Positions 18,434 through 29,119 of a stretch of DNA of 64,000 nt are shown piece by piece (within the stretch, counting starts at the first letter, position 1; each line of letters opens with the position of its first letter). Under the pieces are notes generated by a model. The model saw only the letters and a program-made list of their open reading frames with translations, was not told the origin of the DNA and did not search any database. The position numbers and the translations under genes are program-made. Location: positions 124,001 to 188,000 of the IMG/VR virus record IMGVR_UViG_3300035698_035310; one strand, 5' to 3'.

Positions 18434-19279
18434 ATGAAAAAATATTATGAAACATTAGAAGTCGAAAAAACAGCAACCGATGCCGAAATTAAAAAATCGT
18501 ATCGCAAGTTGGCTATGAAATATCATCCTGATACAAATCCCGATGATGTAACAGCCGAAAATAATTTCAAAGAAATAAATGAAGCATATGAGGTTTTATC
18601 CGACGAAACGAAAAAATCTAACTATGATACATTTGGCGATCCTGATGGTAGACCTACACCACACACTAGCCAGCACGGTTTTGGTGGTGGTTTTCAATCA
18701 GCAACAGATTTTAATGATATTTTCAATGATATTATGAATGCACGAAGTGCACCAAAAAATGCTCATGCACAATCACAAATGACTATTACATTGGAAGAGG
18801 CGTATGTAGGATCATCAGTTGAGATAGAAATAACTAATCATAAAAATATATCATCAAAGCAAAATATAAGAATTCCCGCTGGTATTAAACATGGTATGAC
18901 GTTACGCCTTGCGGGTGCCGGTCATCATCACATTGAGGAGTTGCCACCCGGTGATTTATTGGTTAATATACAAATCACACCACATTCCATATTTACTGTG
19001 GTAGATTACAATTTAATCATGGAAGAAAAAATTAGCATGATCGAAGCCGTGTTTGGCAAGGAAATAGAAGTTACTACATTGGCTGGAAAAACTTTGAAAT
19101 TAGAAATTCCAAAAGGAACGCAACCAAATCATAAAATTCGATTAAAAGGTAAAGGAATGCCCGTATTAAACAGAAAAGATGTATTTGGTGATTTATATAT
19201 AATTGTCAATGTTGAAATACCTACGAATATAACACAAAAACAACGAGATTTATTAAGTGAATTTAATGAAGTTTCTTGA
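18434..19279 (+). CDS. dnaJ: DnaJ/CbpA-type co-chaperone (no zinc finger)
   Basis: J domain YYETLEV...YRKLAMKYHPD; G/F linker; C-terminal IPAGIKHG, GDLLV, IPKGTQ. Confidence 0.9.
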   Translation: MKKYYETLEVEKTATDAEIKKSYRKLAMKYHPDTNPDDVTAENNFKEINEAYEVLSDETKKSNYDTFGDPDGRPTPHTSQHGFGGGFQSATDFNDIFNDIMNARSAPKNAHAQSQMTITLEEAYVGSSVEIEITNHKNISSKQNIRIPAGIKHGMTLRLAGAGHHHIEELPPGDLLVNIQITPHSIFTVVDYNLIMEEKISMIEAVFGKEIEVTTLAGKTLKLEIPKGTQPNHKIRLKGKGMPVLNRKDVFGDLYIIVNVEIPTNITQKQRDLLSEFNEVS

Positions 19280-19304
19280 CAAAATATAAGTGTTAAGTTA
19301 TAGT
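19276..19304 (+). promoter_or_regulatory. sigma70-type promoter
   Basis: TTGACA-N17-TATAGT upstream of def-clpA. Confidence 0.55.
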
Positions 19305-19336
19305 TAGTTAATAGTTAATAGCACATAGGATGAAAT

Positions 19337-19867
19337 ATGATAGAAATTGTTTTAGAAGATGATCCAGCATTAAAAATTGTTGTGCCACTATATGATTTTG
19401 ACGAGCCGTTGAATATTGTAACTACACAAGATGAATTCGGTTTAACTGAATTCATTGATGCTATGTTTGTGACCATGAAATTGAATAAAGGTCTCGGTTT
19501 GGCGGCTAATCAAATAGGACAAAACGTTCGCGTATTTGTTATGGATTTTTACGGCGAAGAATTTATTTGTATCAATCCAATAATTGAACAGTCATCAACA
19601 GAATTTACAATAGATCAAGAAGGCTGTTTAAGTTTTCCAGATTTATCATTAAATGTAAAACGATCATCTGAAATATTTGTATCGTATTCAAATATCGATG
19701 GCGTTGAAATTCAAAGATGGTTATCTGGTATTACAGCTAGGTGTTTTCAACATGAACTAGATCATTTGAATGGGATAACATTCGATTCACAAGTTGCAAA
19801 GCTAAGTTTAAAAATGGCTAAAGACAAAAGAAGAAAAAAAATAAAACAAAAACAAAGGAATACCTAA
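19337..19867 (+). CDS. def: peptide deformylase
   Basis: GLGLAANQIG, EGCLS, QHELDHLNG. Confidence 0.95.
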   Translation: MIEIVLEDDPALKIVVPLYDFDEPLNIVTTQDEFGLTEFIDAMFVTMKLNKGLGLAANQIGQNVRVFVMDFYGEEFICINPIIEQSSTEFTIDQEGCLSFPDLSLNVKRSSEIFVSYSNIDGVEIQRWLSGITARCFQHELDHLNGITFDSQVAKLSLKMAKDKRRKKIKQKQRNT

Positions 19868-22126
19868 ATGCCTAACGGATTTGACCAACGACACATTTCT
19901 ATAATGCTTCAAAAAGCAGTAACATTAGCAGAAAAATACGATCACATATATATAACATTAGAACATATCAGTTTAGTATTACTGGATGATAAGTCCGTTG
20001 ATCACGGTATTAAAGAATGCGGCGGCGACATAAAACTTATTAAAGAAATGGTTTTGACTGCATTGTTAGATGAAGCAGATATAACTGAAGCAGGAACTGA
20101 GCCACAACCAACAAGAGCAGTCATCAATGTTATTCAACGGGCAATCCAGCATTCTGTTGGATCAGGCCGCAATACAGTTGAACCATTTTATCTTATGGCA
20201 AGTTTGTTAATGGAAAAAGATTCCGTTGCTGTATGGGCATTAGCACAACAAAATGTTGATCGTGTAAGTTTTATTAGAACTATAAATGTTCCACCATCAG
20301 GACAAAATAAAGGTGGCCCGATGAATGAACTCGATCCTATAACGGGTCAACCTATGCCACAACCTGAAAATGCATTAAGAGATTATTGTGTTAATTTGAA
20401 TGAAAAGGTAATTGCTGGTGATATTGATCCATTGATAGGTCGCGAAAAAGAAATTGAACGGTCACTACAAGTTTTATCTAGACGACGCAAAAACAATCCA
20501 TTGCTTGTTGGTGAGCCAGGAGTTGGTAAAACCGCTATTGCAGAAGGATTGGCATGGAAAATTGTTAATGAAACCGTGCCAAATTATATCAAAGATTCTA
20601 TTGTATATTCGTTGGATATTGGTGCACTTATGGCTGGTGCCAAATTTCGCGGTGATGTCGAAGAACGATTAAAAGCGGTTCTTGCCGGATTGGAAGAAGT
20701 TGGCAAAACCAACAAAACCATATTATTCATTGATGAAATTCATACCATTATTGGTGCGGGTGCTACATCAGGTGGAAGTATGGATGTTAGTAACCTATTG
20801 AAACCCGCACTTGCTGCTGGTTCATTACGTTGCATGGGTTCCACCACATATGCTGAATATAATAAGTATTTCGAAAAAGATGCGGCACTTAAGCGTCGTT
20901 TCAAAAAAATTGATATTATTGAACCTACTGTTGATGAAACAAAAACTATTATCAAAGGTTTGGCAAAATATTTTGCTGAGTATCATGAAGTTAAATTCAC
21001 AAAAGAAGCATTAATGAGTGCAGTTGATTTATCCGTTAAGCATATACACGATAACAAACTTCCAGATAAAGCGATTGATGTTATTGATGAGGCGGCGGCA
21101 GCACAAAGATTATTCGATGGCGAAGATCGCCTTGAAATCATTGATGTTAAACAAATTGAAGAAACCGTTGCAAAGATTGCAAGGATTTCTATTGATGCAA
21201 CATCAAAAACCGACAAAGATAGATTGCGTAACCTTGCAGAAAATCTAACAACACATGTGTTTGGTCAAGAAGAAGCGATTGATGTTCTAACCAAGGCAGT
21301 TAAATTAAGCAAATCTGGATTGCGTGAAGAAAATAAACCGATTGGTAATTTCTTATTCAGTGGACCTACAGGCGTAGGTAAAACCGAAGTTGCAAAACGT
21401 CTTGCCGATGAACTAGACGTTCCGTTGGTGCGATTTGATATGTCTGAATATATGCAAAAGCACGAAGTGTCTAAACTTATTGGATCGCCACCTGGTTATG
21501 TTGGTCATGATGATAGTGATGGATTTTTAATTGAAGAAATTGATAAGCATAATTATTGTGTTTTATTGTTAGATGAAATCGAAAAAGCACACCAAGATAT
21601 ATTCAACGTTCTGTTACAAGTTATGGATAATGCAACACTAACCGGTGGTCGCAATAAAACAGTGCGCTTTGACAATGTTATAATCATCATGACATCAAAT
21701 GCTGGTGCATCAGACCTTGCAAAAGAAGTTATGGGATTTGGCAACGAAGAGCGAGTTGGCGATGATCTTATAGCCATCGAAAAATTATTTACACCTGAAT
21801 TTAGAAATCGTTTGGATAAAATCGTTGGATTTAAACCATTACAACAAGAAATAATGAATAAAGTTGTTGTTAAATTTATAAAACAATTGAAAGTTCAACT
21901 TAAAACACAGGATGTTAAACTTACGTTGATGAAGAAAGCCATTGAGTGGCTTGCCGTTAAAGGATACAGTTCCAAATATGGAGCACGACCACTTTCGCGT
22001 GTAATAGACAATCATATCAAGCAGCCAATATCTGAAGAGTTATTATTTGGTCAACTTGAAAATGGTGGTTCAGTTAAAATTGACATCGTTGAAGACGAAC
22101 TTGAATTCACTTACAAACCAAAATAA
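19868..22126 (+). CDS. clpA: ATP-dependent Clp protease ATP-binding subunit ClpA
   Basis: Clp-N domain, GEPGVGKT and GPTGVGKT Walker A motifs, FIDEIH, RFDMSEY, no ClpB M-domain. Confidence 0.92.
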   Translation: MPNGFDQRHISIMLQKAVTLAEKYDHIYITLEHISLVLLDDKSVDHGIKECGGDIKLIKEMVLTALLDEADITEAGTEPQPTRAVINVIQRAIQHSVGSGRNTVEPFYLMASLLMEKDSVAVWALAQQNVDRVSFIRTINVPPSGQNKGGPMNELDPITGQPMPQPENALRDYCVNLNEKVIAGDIDPLIGREKEIERSLQVLSRRRKNNPLLVGEPGVGKTAIAEGLAWKIVNETVPNYIKDSIVYSLDIGALMAGAKFRGDVEERLKAVLAGLEEVGKTNKTILFIDEIHTIIGAGATSGGSMDVSNLLKPALAAGSLRCMGSTTYAEYNKYFEKDAALKRRFKKIDIIEPTVDETKTIIKGLAKYFAEYHEVKFTKEALMSAVDLSVKHIHDNKLPDKAIDVIDEAAAAQRLFDGEDRLEIIDVKQIEETVAKIARISIDATSKTDKDRLRNLAENLTTHVFGQEEAIDVLTKAVKLSKSGLREENKPIGNFLFSGPTGVGKTEVAKRLADELDVPLVRFDMSEYMQKHEVSKLIGSPPGYVGHDDSDGFLIEEIDKHNYCVLLLDEIEKAHQDIFNVLLQVMDNATLTGGRNKTVRFDNVIIIMTSNAGASDLAKEVMGFGNEERVGDDLIAIEKLFTPEFRNRLDKIVGFKPLQQEIMNKVVVKFIKQLKVQLKTQDVKLTLMKKAIEWLAVKGYSSKYGARPLSRVIDNHIKQPISEELLFGQLENGGSVKIDIVEDELEFTYKPK

Positions 22127-22140
22127 CGGAATAATACGCG

Positions 22141-22326
22141 ATGACAGAAGTATTAAAATCATTATATATACAAAGTGAAATATCGCGCATAACTAAACGC
22201 ATTAAACAATATAATCAAATTTACCATTCGTTAGAAATAAAAGATTTGAATTTAAAACGATTGATAACTAATAAACAACGAGAAATAGATATCTTAGATA
22301 TGATATCAAGAGGAAACAATCAATGA
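22141..22326 (+). CDS. hypothetical protein
   Basis: 61-aa ORF, ATGA overlap downstream. Confidence 0.55.
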   Translation: MTEVLKSLYIQSEISRITKRIKQYNQIYHSLEIKDLNLKRLITNKQREIDILDMISRGNNQ

Positions 22327-22646
22327 CTGAAATAGAAACAAGAGCTACATTATTCGCCGTAAAATCTATGTTCCCAGCAGAACACATTGAAACAGCCAAT
22401 CGATTAGAATGGTGTCAAGAAAACAACATGGAATTTTTTAATGTTAGCATTCGTGGCACCAAAGTGGGTGATGTATTTTATGACGAACAAGAAATGCAAG
22501 AAATTGGCGTTCTTGAATTGCTTGATGCAGATGGTGTCAAAAAAGGCGAGATAAACCTTGAAACATTACCACCAATCAACATCGGTATGGGATTTGTGTT
22601 TCATGATGAAACAGATGCCGCAGCATTTAAGCTGCAATGGAACTAA
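22323..22646 (+). CDS. FKLRW-family small protein
   Basis: LEWCQEN...DETDAAAFKLQWN. Confidence 0.75.
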   Translation: MTEIETRATLFAVKSMFPAEHIETANRLEWCQENNMEFFNVSIRGTKVGDVFYDEQEMQEIGVLELLDADGVKKGEINLETLPPINIGMGFVFHDETDAAAFKLQWN

Positions 22647-22840
22647 TAAAAGTATCAGTTGGCAGTGATACAAATTTAGTTGATAATTCTATAATATGGT
22701 GCAAAGAAAATAATATAAACTTTGAAAAATATGAACCAATTCATAAATCTAATAAATTTGATCGTGATATAATCGTTGGTTTTATTTTTTATTTTTTAGC
22801 AGAAGAGGACGCGTTTGCATTTAAACTGCGATGGGTTTAA
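22637..22840 (+). CDS. FKLRW-family small protein
   Basis: IIWCKEN...EEDAFAFKLRWV. Confidence 0.75.
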   Translation: MELIKVSVGSDTNLVDNSIIWCKENNINFEKYEPIHKSNKFDRDIIVGFIFYFLAEEDAFAFKLRWV

Positions 22841-22906
22841 GTGTTGACATTACCATATTATTAATATATTATATAGTATAGTGAAAATAGAGAAGGATTA
22901 TAAAAT

Positions 22907-23686
22907 ATGAAATTTACATTTCTAGGTGCAGGTAGCGCATTTACGATGGAAAACTATCAATCTAATATGATAGTGACATCAGATTCTGGAAAAAATTTAT
23001 TAATTGATTGCGGTGGCGATGTGCGCCATAGTATGAAAGCGGCAGGATTTGGCGTAGCCGATATTGATGCGATATATGTCAGTCATCTACATTCAGATCA
23101 CACTTCTGGAATCGAATGGTTGGCGTTTAATACATATTTTAATGATGCCTTAAAACAACCAAAAATGTTTATCAATGAAAAACTTTCACGTGAACTTTGG
23201 GAAAATACACTACAAGGTGGACTTGGAAGCATACAAGGAAAAATAACCACCCTTGATTCATATTTTGAAGTTACTCGTGTTATAAAAAACAAATGTTTCA
23301 TTTGGGAGGATATTGAATTTAGACTCGTTCAAGTGATTCATTATATGGATGGATTTGACATTGTTCCATCATATGGTTTGTTGTTTACAGTGAATGGATT
23401 GAGATATTTCTTAACTACTGATGCTCAACATGCTCCTTCGCAAATTCAAGATTTTTACAACATGAGTGATGTTATCTTTCAAGATTGTGAAACTACCCCG
23501 TTTGCATCCGGTGTTCATGCGCACTATGAAGAACTTATAACACTTAATGAAGAAACAAAAGCCAAAATGATACTATATCATTATTCAGATGGCGACAAGA
23601 AAGATTGCACCAACGATGGATTTAGATGTTGGGCAACAAATCAAATGGAAATTGATTTAAATACAGGAACGGTAATTAACGCATGA
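22907..23686 (+). CDS. metallo-beta-lactamase-fold hydrolase (RNase Z / phosphodiesterase-like)
   Basis: FLGAGSAF, LLIDCG, SHLHSDH, TTD, MILYHY. Confidence 0.85.
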   Translation: MKFTFLGAGSAFTMENYQSNMIVTSDSGKNLLIDCGGDVRHSMKAAGFGVADIDAIYVSHLHSDHTSGIEWLAFNTYFNDALKQPKMFINEKLSRELWENTLQGGLGSIQGKITTLDSYFEVTRVIKNKCFIWEDIEFRLVQVIHYMDGFDIVPSYGLLFTVNGLRYFLTTDAQHAPSQIQDFYNMSDVIFQDCETTPFASGVHAHYEELITLNEETKAKMILYHYSDGDKKDCTNDGFRCWATNQMEIDLNTGTVINA

Positions 23687-23886
23687 CAAAAACGTGGTGG
23701 TTTTGGATAATGTTAGCATTGGGTATTATAATACAATATCCATTTGAATTATTCACTTATGGAATGTTGCTAGAGTCAGGCGTGGCTGCATTTTTAGGAC
23801 TCACATCTGGACTAAATATTTTAGAATATTATATGTGGGTTTTGGTGCTATATGCATATCATATGGACAAATTATATATTAAATAA
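23683..23886 (+). CDS. small membrane protein
   Basis: hydrophobic 67-aa ORF, ATGA overlap. Confidence 0.55.
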   Translation: MTKTWWFWIMLALGIIIQYPFELFTYGMLLESGVAAFLGLTSGLNILEYYMWVLVLYAYHMDKLYIK

Positions 23887-23918
23887 TATAGACAATCTAA
23901 CACAAAAATGGTATTATA

Positions 23919-24227
23919 ATGGCAGAACTAAGTGAAGATGAAGAATTAAAACAACTATTAGACGACGATGATTTAAGAGATTATTTCAACGGACGCGACC
24001 CTAATAGAAAAAAATCAGACCCTTTTATATCTGAAGAGACCGCGAACCGTCATAGAGGAAAATCCACTGTTTTAACGACAAAGGATGTTCCAGAAGAAAA
24101 ACAAGAAACACACGGAATATCTTTTACACAACACGTTAAAAGCATTAAAGAAACAGCTAGGCAATACATGTGGATAGGCATATCTGTTGGATTATTCTTA
24201 GCAATTATCATAACCTTAATATTATAG
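23919..24227 (+). CDS. tail-anchored membrane protein
   Basis: C-terminal hydrophobic helix. Confidence 0.6.
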   Translation: MAELSEDEELKQLLDDDDLRDYFNGRDPNRKKSDPFISEETANRHRGKSTVLTTKDVPEEKQETHGISFTQHVKSIKETARQYMWIGISVGLFLAIIITLIL

Positions 24228-24236
24228 AGGAAAAAT

Positions 24237-24608
24237 ATGCAATCTATCGATACATTTATGGCCGATTGGTCATCTAGACAAGATGCACCGGCACATACTT
24301 CCCGTGCTAAAATTTATGAACATTTATTAGTTGAGCTAACAAAGAGCGCACGCGACAATAAAACGGTTCGTATTAACCACATTAAATCAACATATAACAG
24401 AAGTGGCGATTTAAGAACTTTCTTGAAATGGATTACTGGCGAAGCTGATCAAAAATCATTTTCGTTAACTATGGCAGTTCAACCATCTGGTCGTCATTTT
24501 GAAGATGCCCCCAACAAAGATAAGTTGAAAACTGTCGCAGAAAAGTATGGATTTAGGGTCAAATTTGAATATCCTGATAATCAAGGGTATGAGATGGAAC
24601 GAAACTAG
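24237..24608 (+). CDS. hypothetical protein
   Basis: 123-aa ORF with GAGG SD. Confidence 0.7.
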   Translation: MQSIDTFMADWSSRQDAPAHTSRAKIYEHLLVELTKSARDNKTVRINHIKSTYNRSGDLRTFLKWITGEADQKSFSLTMAVQPSGRHFEDAPNKDKLKTVAEKYGFRVKFEYPDNQGYEMERN

Positions 24609-24628
24609 GATTCCGAACGTATGTTAAC

Positions 24629-24668
24629 AAAAAAGGCTACAACGATAAATATTGGTGTAGCCTTTTTT
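24629..24668. terminator. intrinsic terminator (potentially bidirectional)
   Basis: AAAAAAGGCTACA / TGTAGCCTTTTTT inverted repeat. Confidence 0.8.
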
Positions 24669-24835
24669 ATGGGAAATTATTGATACATGGAAGACAAAAA
24701 AGATTTATGGTGGGTGCTTTACGAATATGGATTATATGATGCTATTAAAATTATATATCCCCCACCTTGGAATTTTACATATATATCAAAAAACTAGCAT
24801 ATAAGGTTATTAAACTGATAATATAACTAATACGG

Positions 24836-25084
24836 GTGGAAAAAACTATGAAAAACATTAGACCTGCTACCGATTATAAAATATCTTGTCAAATTACTGA
24901 ATACTTTGCGGAATATAACGAAATAAGCAAATGTGTTGAAATGCTATCAGAAAAAATAGATAATACATCATTATCACCAAAAGAAATGGATATGATTCAT
25001 CAAGAATTGGATGAAAACATGGGAAAACTGGAGGAAGTATCTGGCATCCTTGCAGATTTGGGTTATATACGATTATATGATTAA
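24836..25084 (+). CDS. hypothetical protein
   Basis: 82-aa ORF. Confidence 0.55.
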   Translation: MEKTMKNIRPATDYKISCQITEYFAEYNEISKCVEMLSEKIDNTSLSPKEMDMIHQELDENMGKLEEVSGILADLGYIRLYD

Positions 25085-25138
25085 ATAATGACTATTTACT
25101 AAATTTATGCTACAATAATAAAAAATAAGGAAGCATTA

Positions 25139-25927
25139 ATGAAGCAATTTACGAATAATATATACTTAGGCGATACTCTCGATATGATGAAACAGATTGA
25201 TGACGAATCTATTGATCTGATTATCACCGATCCACCATACGGAATGGCTTATCACGGCAATAGACGCAATGAAAAGGCTGATGCATGGGGAAATGTCGAT
25301 AAAAAATTTGATCATATCGAAAATGATAGCGGCGAAGAGTTTGAAGCGTTATTGTTGAGTTATATCACGGAATGCCTACGTATAATGAAACCAGATACTG
25401 CAATGTATATGTTTTGTAGTTGGCACAAAGTTGGTTTCTTTCAAGCAGAACTTGAAAAGCATTTCACATTAAAGAATTTATTGGTGTGGAACAAAAATAA
25501 TCATACAGTTGGTGATTTGTACGGCAGTTATGCACCAAAGCACGAACTTGTGTGGTTCTGCCATAAAGGTCGCGTGACTATGCAAGATACCAAAAGACAC
25601 ACCGATGTATTAGATCACGATGATGAAACTATATTGAATGATATGGTTATAATGGATCATAAAAAAATACATGATCCAGTTCATCCAACAATGAAACCGA
25701 TTGATATGTTACGAAAGTTTGTTAGAACATCAAGCAAAGAGAATGATTTGATATTTGATGGATTTATGGGTAGCGGCTCAACTGCGGTTGCAGCAGCAAA
25801 AGAAGGTAGACAGTTTATGGGTGCAGAACTATCACCTGAATATCATAAAATAGCATCAGATAAAGCAAATGCAGCCATACAGGATAAGGAAGCAGAAGAT
25901 GCTAGTAAAAGTTACCTTGAATGGTAA
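25139..25927 (+). CDS. beta-class N6-adenine/N4-cytosine DNA methyltransferase
   Basis: TDPPY, HPTMKP, FDGFMGSGST in beta order. Confidence 0.92.
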   Translation: MKQFTNNIYLGDTLDMMKQIDDESIDLIITDPPYGMAYHGNRRNEKADAWGNVDKKFDHIENDSGEEFEALLLSYITECLRIMKPDTAMYMFCSWHKVGFFQAELEKHFTLKNLLVWNKNNHTVGDLYGSYAPKHELVWFCHKGRVTMQDTKRHTDVLDHDDETILNDMVIMDHKKIHDPVHPTMKPIDMLRKFVRTSSKENDLIFDGFMGSGSTAVAAAKEGRQFMGAELSPEYHKIASDKANAAIQDKEAEDASKSYLEW

Positions 25928-25929
25928 AT

Positions 25930-26154
25930 TTAGCCCCAGCGTAGCTTAAAAGCCATCGCTGATTCAAGATTAAAAAATAAAACACCAGTGGAACACATGC
26001 ATGCACCACTGGTGTATCCATCTAAAATAAAATCTTCTTTTACTTTTAGATTTTCAAATAACCAATTATCTATAAATTTTTCAGATATCACTGTATCATA
26101 TTCAAAATATAAATCACTTGTTCTTCTTATTTTATAAAATTCTTCTACAGCCAT
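25930..26154 (-). CDS. FKLRW-family small protein
   Basis: IDNWLFEN...ESAMAFKLRWG. Confidence 0.75.
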   Translation of the reverse strand: MAVEEFYKIRRTSDLYFEYDTVISEKFIDNWLFENLKVKEDFILDGYTSGACMCSTGVLFFNLESAMAFKLRWG

Positions 26155-26351
26155 CTCATTTTGAATCCCATTGAATCTTCTTCATCTAACAACCAGACCA
26201 CCGATGATGGTGGTTTTCGGACATCGGCAGAATCACATATGGCATAACTGTCTTCATCGATATTGTCGATCAGCCATAGTTTAACTTCATCCATTTCGTT
26301 GTTGGAAATATAGAATTTTGTGTTGTTTATTTGACGTATTTTCATATCCAT
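26145..26351 (-). CDS. FKLRW-family small protein
   Basis: KLWLIDN...[12 protein letters not shown]. Confidence 0.75.
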   Translation of the reverse strand: MDMKIRQINNTKFYISNNEMDEVKLWLIDNIDEDSYAICDSADVRKPPSSVVWLLDEEDSMGFKMRWL

Positions 26352-26710
26352 CGTAATTTAAATGCAACCACGTCGCTTTCATTATTGAATACAAATTTAT
26401 ACGTTAAATTATTTCGTTTGTCTTCAGTATAAGACCGGACGTAATATTCTTCAACGTTTTCTTTGAGCCACTCATTCATGTTATTTACCGTGACTTCATC
26501 ATAGTTTTGCAACAACGCATAATATGATTGCTGTTCAACAATTTCAAATGATGGCTCCAATGATTTAGACTGAACTGTGTGTATCGTTTCACTGCATATA
26601 TCAACGCATTCATTGCAAATATATACATCTACACTAGCAATTAAATGTTTTACTTGCGATTGATCTTTTTTACAAAATGAACATGTAGGTACTTTATTTT
26701 TTATAGCCAT
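26342..26710 (-). CDS. ClpX C4 zinc-binding domain fused to an FKLRW-family domain
   Basis: [30 protein letters not shown] followed by NEWLKEN...[12 protein letters not shown]. Confidence 0.85.
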   Translation of the reverse strand: MAIKNKVPTCSFCKKDQSQVKHLIASVDVYICNECVDICSETIHTVQSKSLEPSFEIVEQQSYYALLQNYDEVTVNNMNEWLKENVEEYYVRSYTEDKRNNLTYKFVFNNESDVVAFKLRWI

Positions 26711-27051
26711 TTTAATTTAAACGCTGTAACGTCTTCCTTGCATGTAAAGGTGAATTCAACGGTATTAGTGCCGTTGATCGAATAATTGGTTTTGTTTTCA
26801 AATATGTATACTATATCATTATCCACGCACCAATCATCTATTAAATCAACGCCGTCTGCAATCATGGCTGAATATACGTCATACGTTACAATAAATTTAT
26901 ACTTAAAAAATTTTTCTACTTGAGAATGAAAGCCAACTATATCATTTAATAACGTAATATTTGTTGGATTGTTTATTTTTTTAGTATCGACATCAAAATC
27001 TTGTAATATTTCAAATAATACTGCTTTGCGTAATGTATCTATATCATTCAT
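26701..27051 (-). CDS. FKLRW-family small protein
   Basis: IDDWCVDN...[12 protein letters not shown]. Confidence 0.75.
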   Translation of the reverse strand: MNDIDTLRKAVLFEILQDFDVDTKKINNPTNITLLNDIVGFHSQVEKFFKYKFIVTYDVYSAMIADGVDLIDDWCVDNDIVYIFENKTNYSINGTNTVEFTFTCKEDVTAFKLKWL

Positions 27052-27070
27052 AATACTCGCCCATTATTTA

Positions 27071-27418
27071 TTATATCCATCTTAATTTAAACGCCATCGC
27101 AGATTCTTTGTCATCATAAAACAACACTTCTATTTCTACCATTCCATTATCATCTTCGTCCCAACCAGACCAATCCCAACGCCAATCACTAGTGCAATTT
27201 TCAAGCAACCAATCATGTTCTTCGTGATTGTTAAAATCCCATTCTTCACTAACTTTCGTTCCGTTTTTTTCACGACGTGGTGGATTTATTTTTGTCCCTG
27301 ATATTTTAATATTAACTGTATTTTCGGATATGATCGATTTGTTATATGATGGCGTCGGTATAGACGCTGTCGATACTTCTAATGTATATTTTCTACCACA
27401 ATGAATATCGCCTTCCAT
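27071..27418 (-). CDS. FKLRW-family protein
   Basis: likely start MEGDIH at 27418; DWLLEN...KESAMAFKLRWI. Confidence 0.7.
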   Translation of the reverse strand: MEGDIHCGRKYTLEVSTASIPTPSYNKSIISENTVNIKISGTKINPPRREKNGTKVSEEWDFNNHEEHDWLLENCTSDWRWDWSGWDEDDNGMVEIEVLFYDDKESAMAFKLRWI

Positions 27419-27550
27419 GATTAATCTCTTTTTAATTGTTAATACTTTTTCAGTATAATACCAAATATATACTGATAATGTCAATATCTCTTGACATACA
27501 TTAATGATGTGATATAGTGTTCTTATAACTGATCTTGAAAGGATTTTATA

Positions 27551-28294
27551 ATGGCTTATGTTCGCGCAGTTCAAAACATTTTAGATATGGAAATTGAAGA
27601 TTTATATTTTGAAAGTGATGGAAAATATCACAAAAAAGGCGAGTTGAGGCGATTGGGTGCACGCACAAAATACGTCAAATTAAAGATTTTATTTTATAGT
27701 GCACAAGACAACATGGATGACGAATTGGCATCACAAGCAGAAAAAGCAGCAGATGAAATTAAAAATCCTTGTTACGTCGGCGATGAACGTCGCGAGGAAA
27801 TTTTAGCAAAAATATCACACATCACAGAAGAAGAACGTGCTCAAGGTAAAACGAAACATGCCACATTTTCAGTGGAGGATCGCAACTGGCGCACAAAAGG
27901 TGTTCATGGTATATTTCATAATGAATCTAATTCTATTGTTATTTTCAAAGAGAAACATGGTGATTCATTGTATGATATGAGTTCTGCATTTAATGCTGCT
28001 AGCGCGTTTCTTACTGTGCTACGCGAACGATTGAATGATGGTTGGTATAACGATCAACTCGAGGATGAAGATCATGAATCCAACCAATTGGATTTATTGA
28101 AATCCAATGAAATTATATTAACCGAAGAACAGGAAGCTAGAAAAATTGTCGACATGGCTACCAACCGTAAAATAACAGGAGATTTTATTCGTGCTGGAAA
28201 AGATGCGTATGAATTCTTGCAAGATCGTAGCGAATATGAATATGGTTGTTTTTCTATTGAGACGCCATCGGTTGCTGATTTTACATTGACATAA
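27551..28294 (+). CDS. hypothetical protein
   Basis: 247-aa ORF with AAGGA SD. Confidence 0.7.
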   Translation: MAYVRAVQNILDMEIEDLYFESDGKYHKKGELRRLGARTKYVKLKILFYSAQDNMDDELASQAEKAADEIKNPCYVGDERREEILAKISHITEEERAQGKTKHATFSVEDRNWRTKGVHGIFHNESNSIVIFKEKHGDSLYDMSSAFNAASAFLTVLRERLNDGWYNDQLEDEDHESNQLDLLKSNEIILTEEQEARKIVDMATNRKITGDFIRAGKDAYEFLQDRSEYEYGCFSIETPSVADFTLT

Positions 28295-28346
28295 TTGATT
28301 AATGTGTTATTATTCTATATGAAACATATAGAAAAGGATTATCGCT

Positions 28347-28742
28347 ATGGTACAAAAAATGACACGTGACGAATTTCAAAAAATGGTTGATGACGCGGCT
28401 GGTTATCAGTGCAAGAAAACTGATGGAGTGGTGACTGCACTTAAAATCGAATGGTCTGTTGGCGGTCAATCTGGTGGTAGTTGTTGGGATGAAGGAGACT
28501 CGACATATCATGGAACAAGCGGTGAAGCAGAGCCAGAGTTCGAAGACCTTGATAGTATCTTGCTGGCGGTTGCCCCACAACTCAGTTTTTTACATTATAA
28601 AAAATTAATGCAAAAAATTGAAACCGACGATTACCGTCAAAACGATTACTATGGAAACTACACCGATTACGCAACAAAAACAATCACAGTCGATGATATT
28701 TGGGTGTTTTTGATTGAGTATGACATGATTGAACAAGCATGA
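28347..28742 (+). CDS. conserved phage hypothetical protein
   Basis: WSVGGQSGGSCW, EPEFEDLD, DYYGNYTDY. Confidence 0.7.
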   Translation: MVQKMTRDEFQKMVDDAAGYQCKKTDGVVTALKIEWSVGGQSGGSCWDEGDSTYHGTSGEAEPEFEDLDSILLAVAPQLSFLHYKKLMQKIETDDYRQNDYYGNYTDYATKTITVDDIWVFLIEYDMIEQA

Positions 28743-29119
28743 CGCATATATTTTTAATAATCGGTTTGCCCGGTAGTGGTAAAACACACTTAGCAAACCG
28801 ATTAAAAAATACTTGTGGTTTAATCATAGATGATATTGTATCATTAGATCAGTTGCCTGATGACGGTAATATCATCATCACTGATGTAAATTTATGCGAT
28901 AATGGCATCTACCATAAAGCATGTGATAAGTTAAAAGAAAAATATGACAATGATGTTAACATACATTCAATATTTTTTCAAAACAATTCTTATGCTGCAC
29001 GATGCAATGTTGAATATAGAAACGACGGACGCGATGTTGAAGGAACTATTCGGAGGTTTGAGAAGATTTATAAACCGCCTATTAATGCAAGGAAAATATG
29101 GAATGGTGTTAACGGTTAA
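28739..29119 (+). CDS. P-loop NTPase / kinase-like protein
   Basis: IIGLPGSGKT Walker A. Confidence 0.7.
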   Translation: MTHIFLIIGLPGSGKTHLANRLKNTCGLIIDDIVSLDQLPDDGNIIITDVNLCDNGIYHKACDKLKEKYDNDVNIHSIFFQNNSYAARCNVEYRNDGRDVEGTIRRFEKIYKPPINARKIWNGVNG

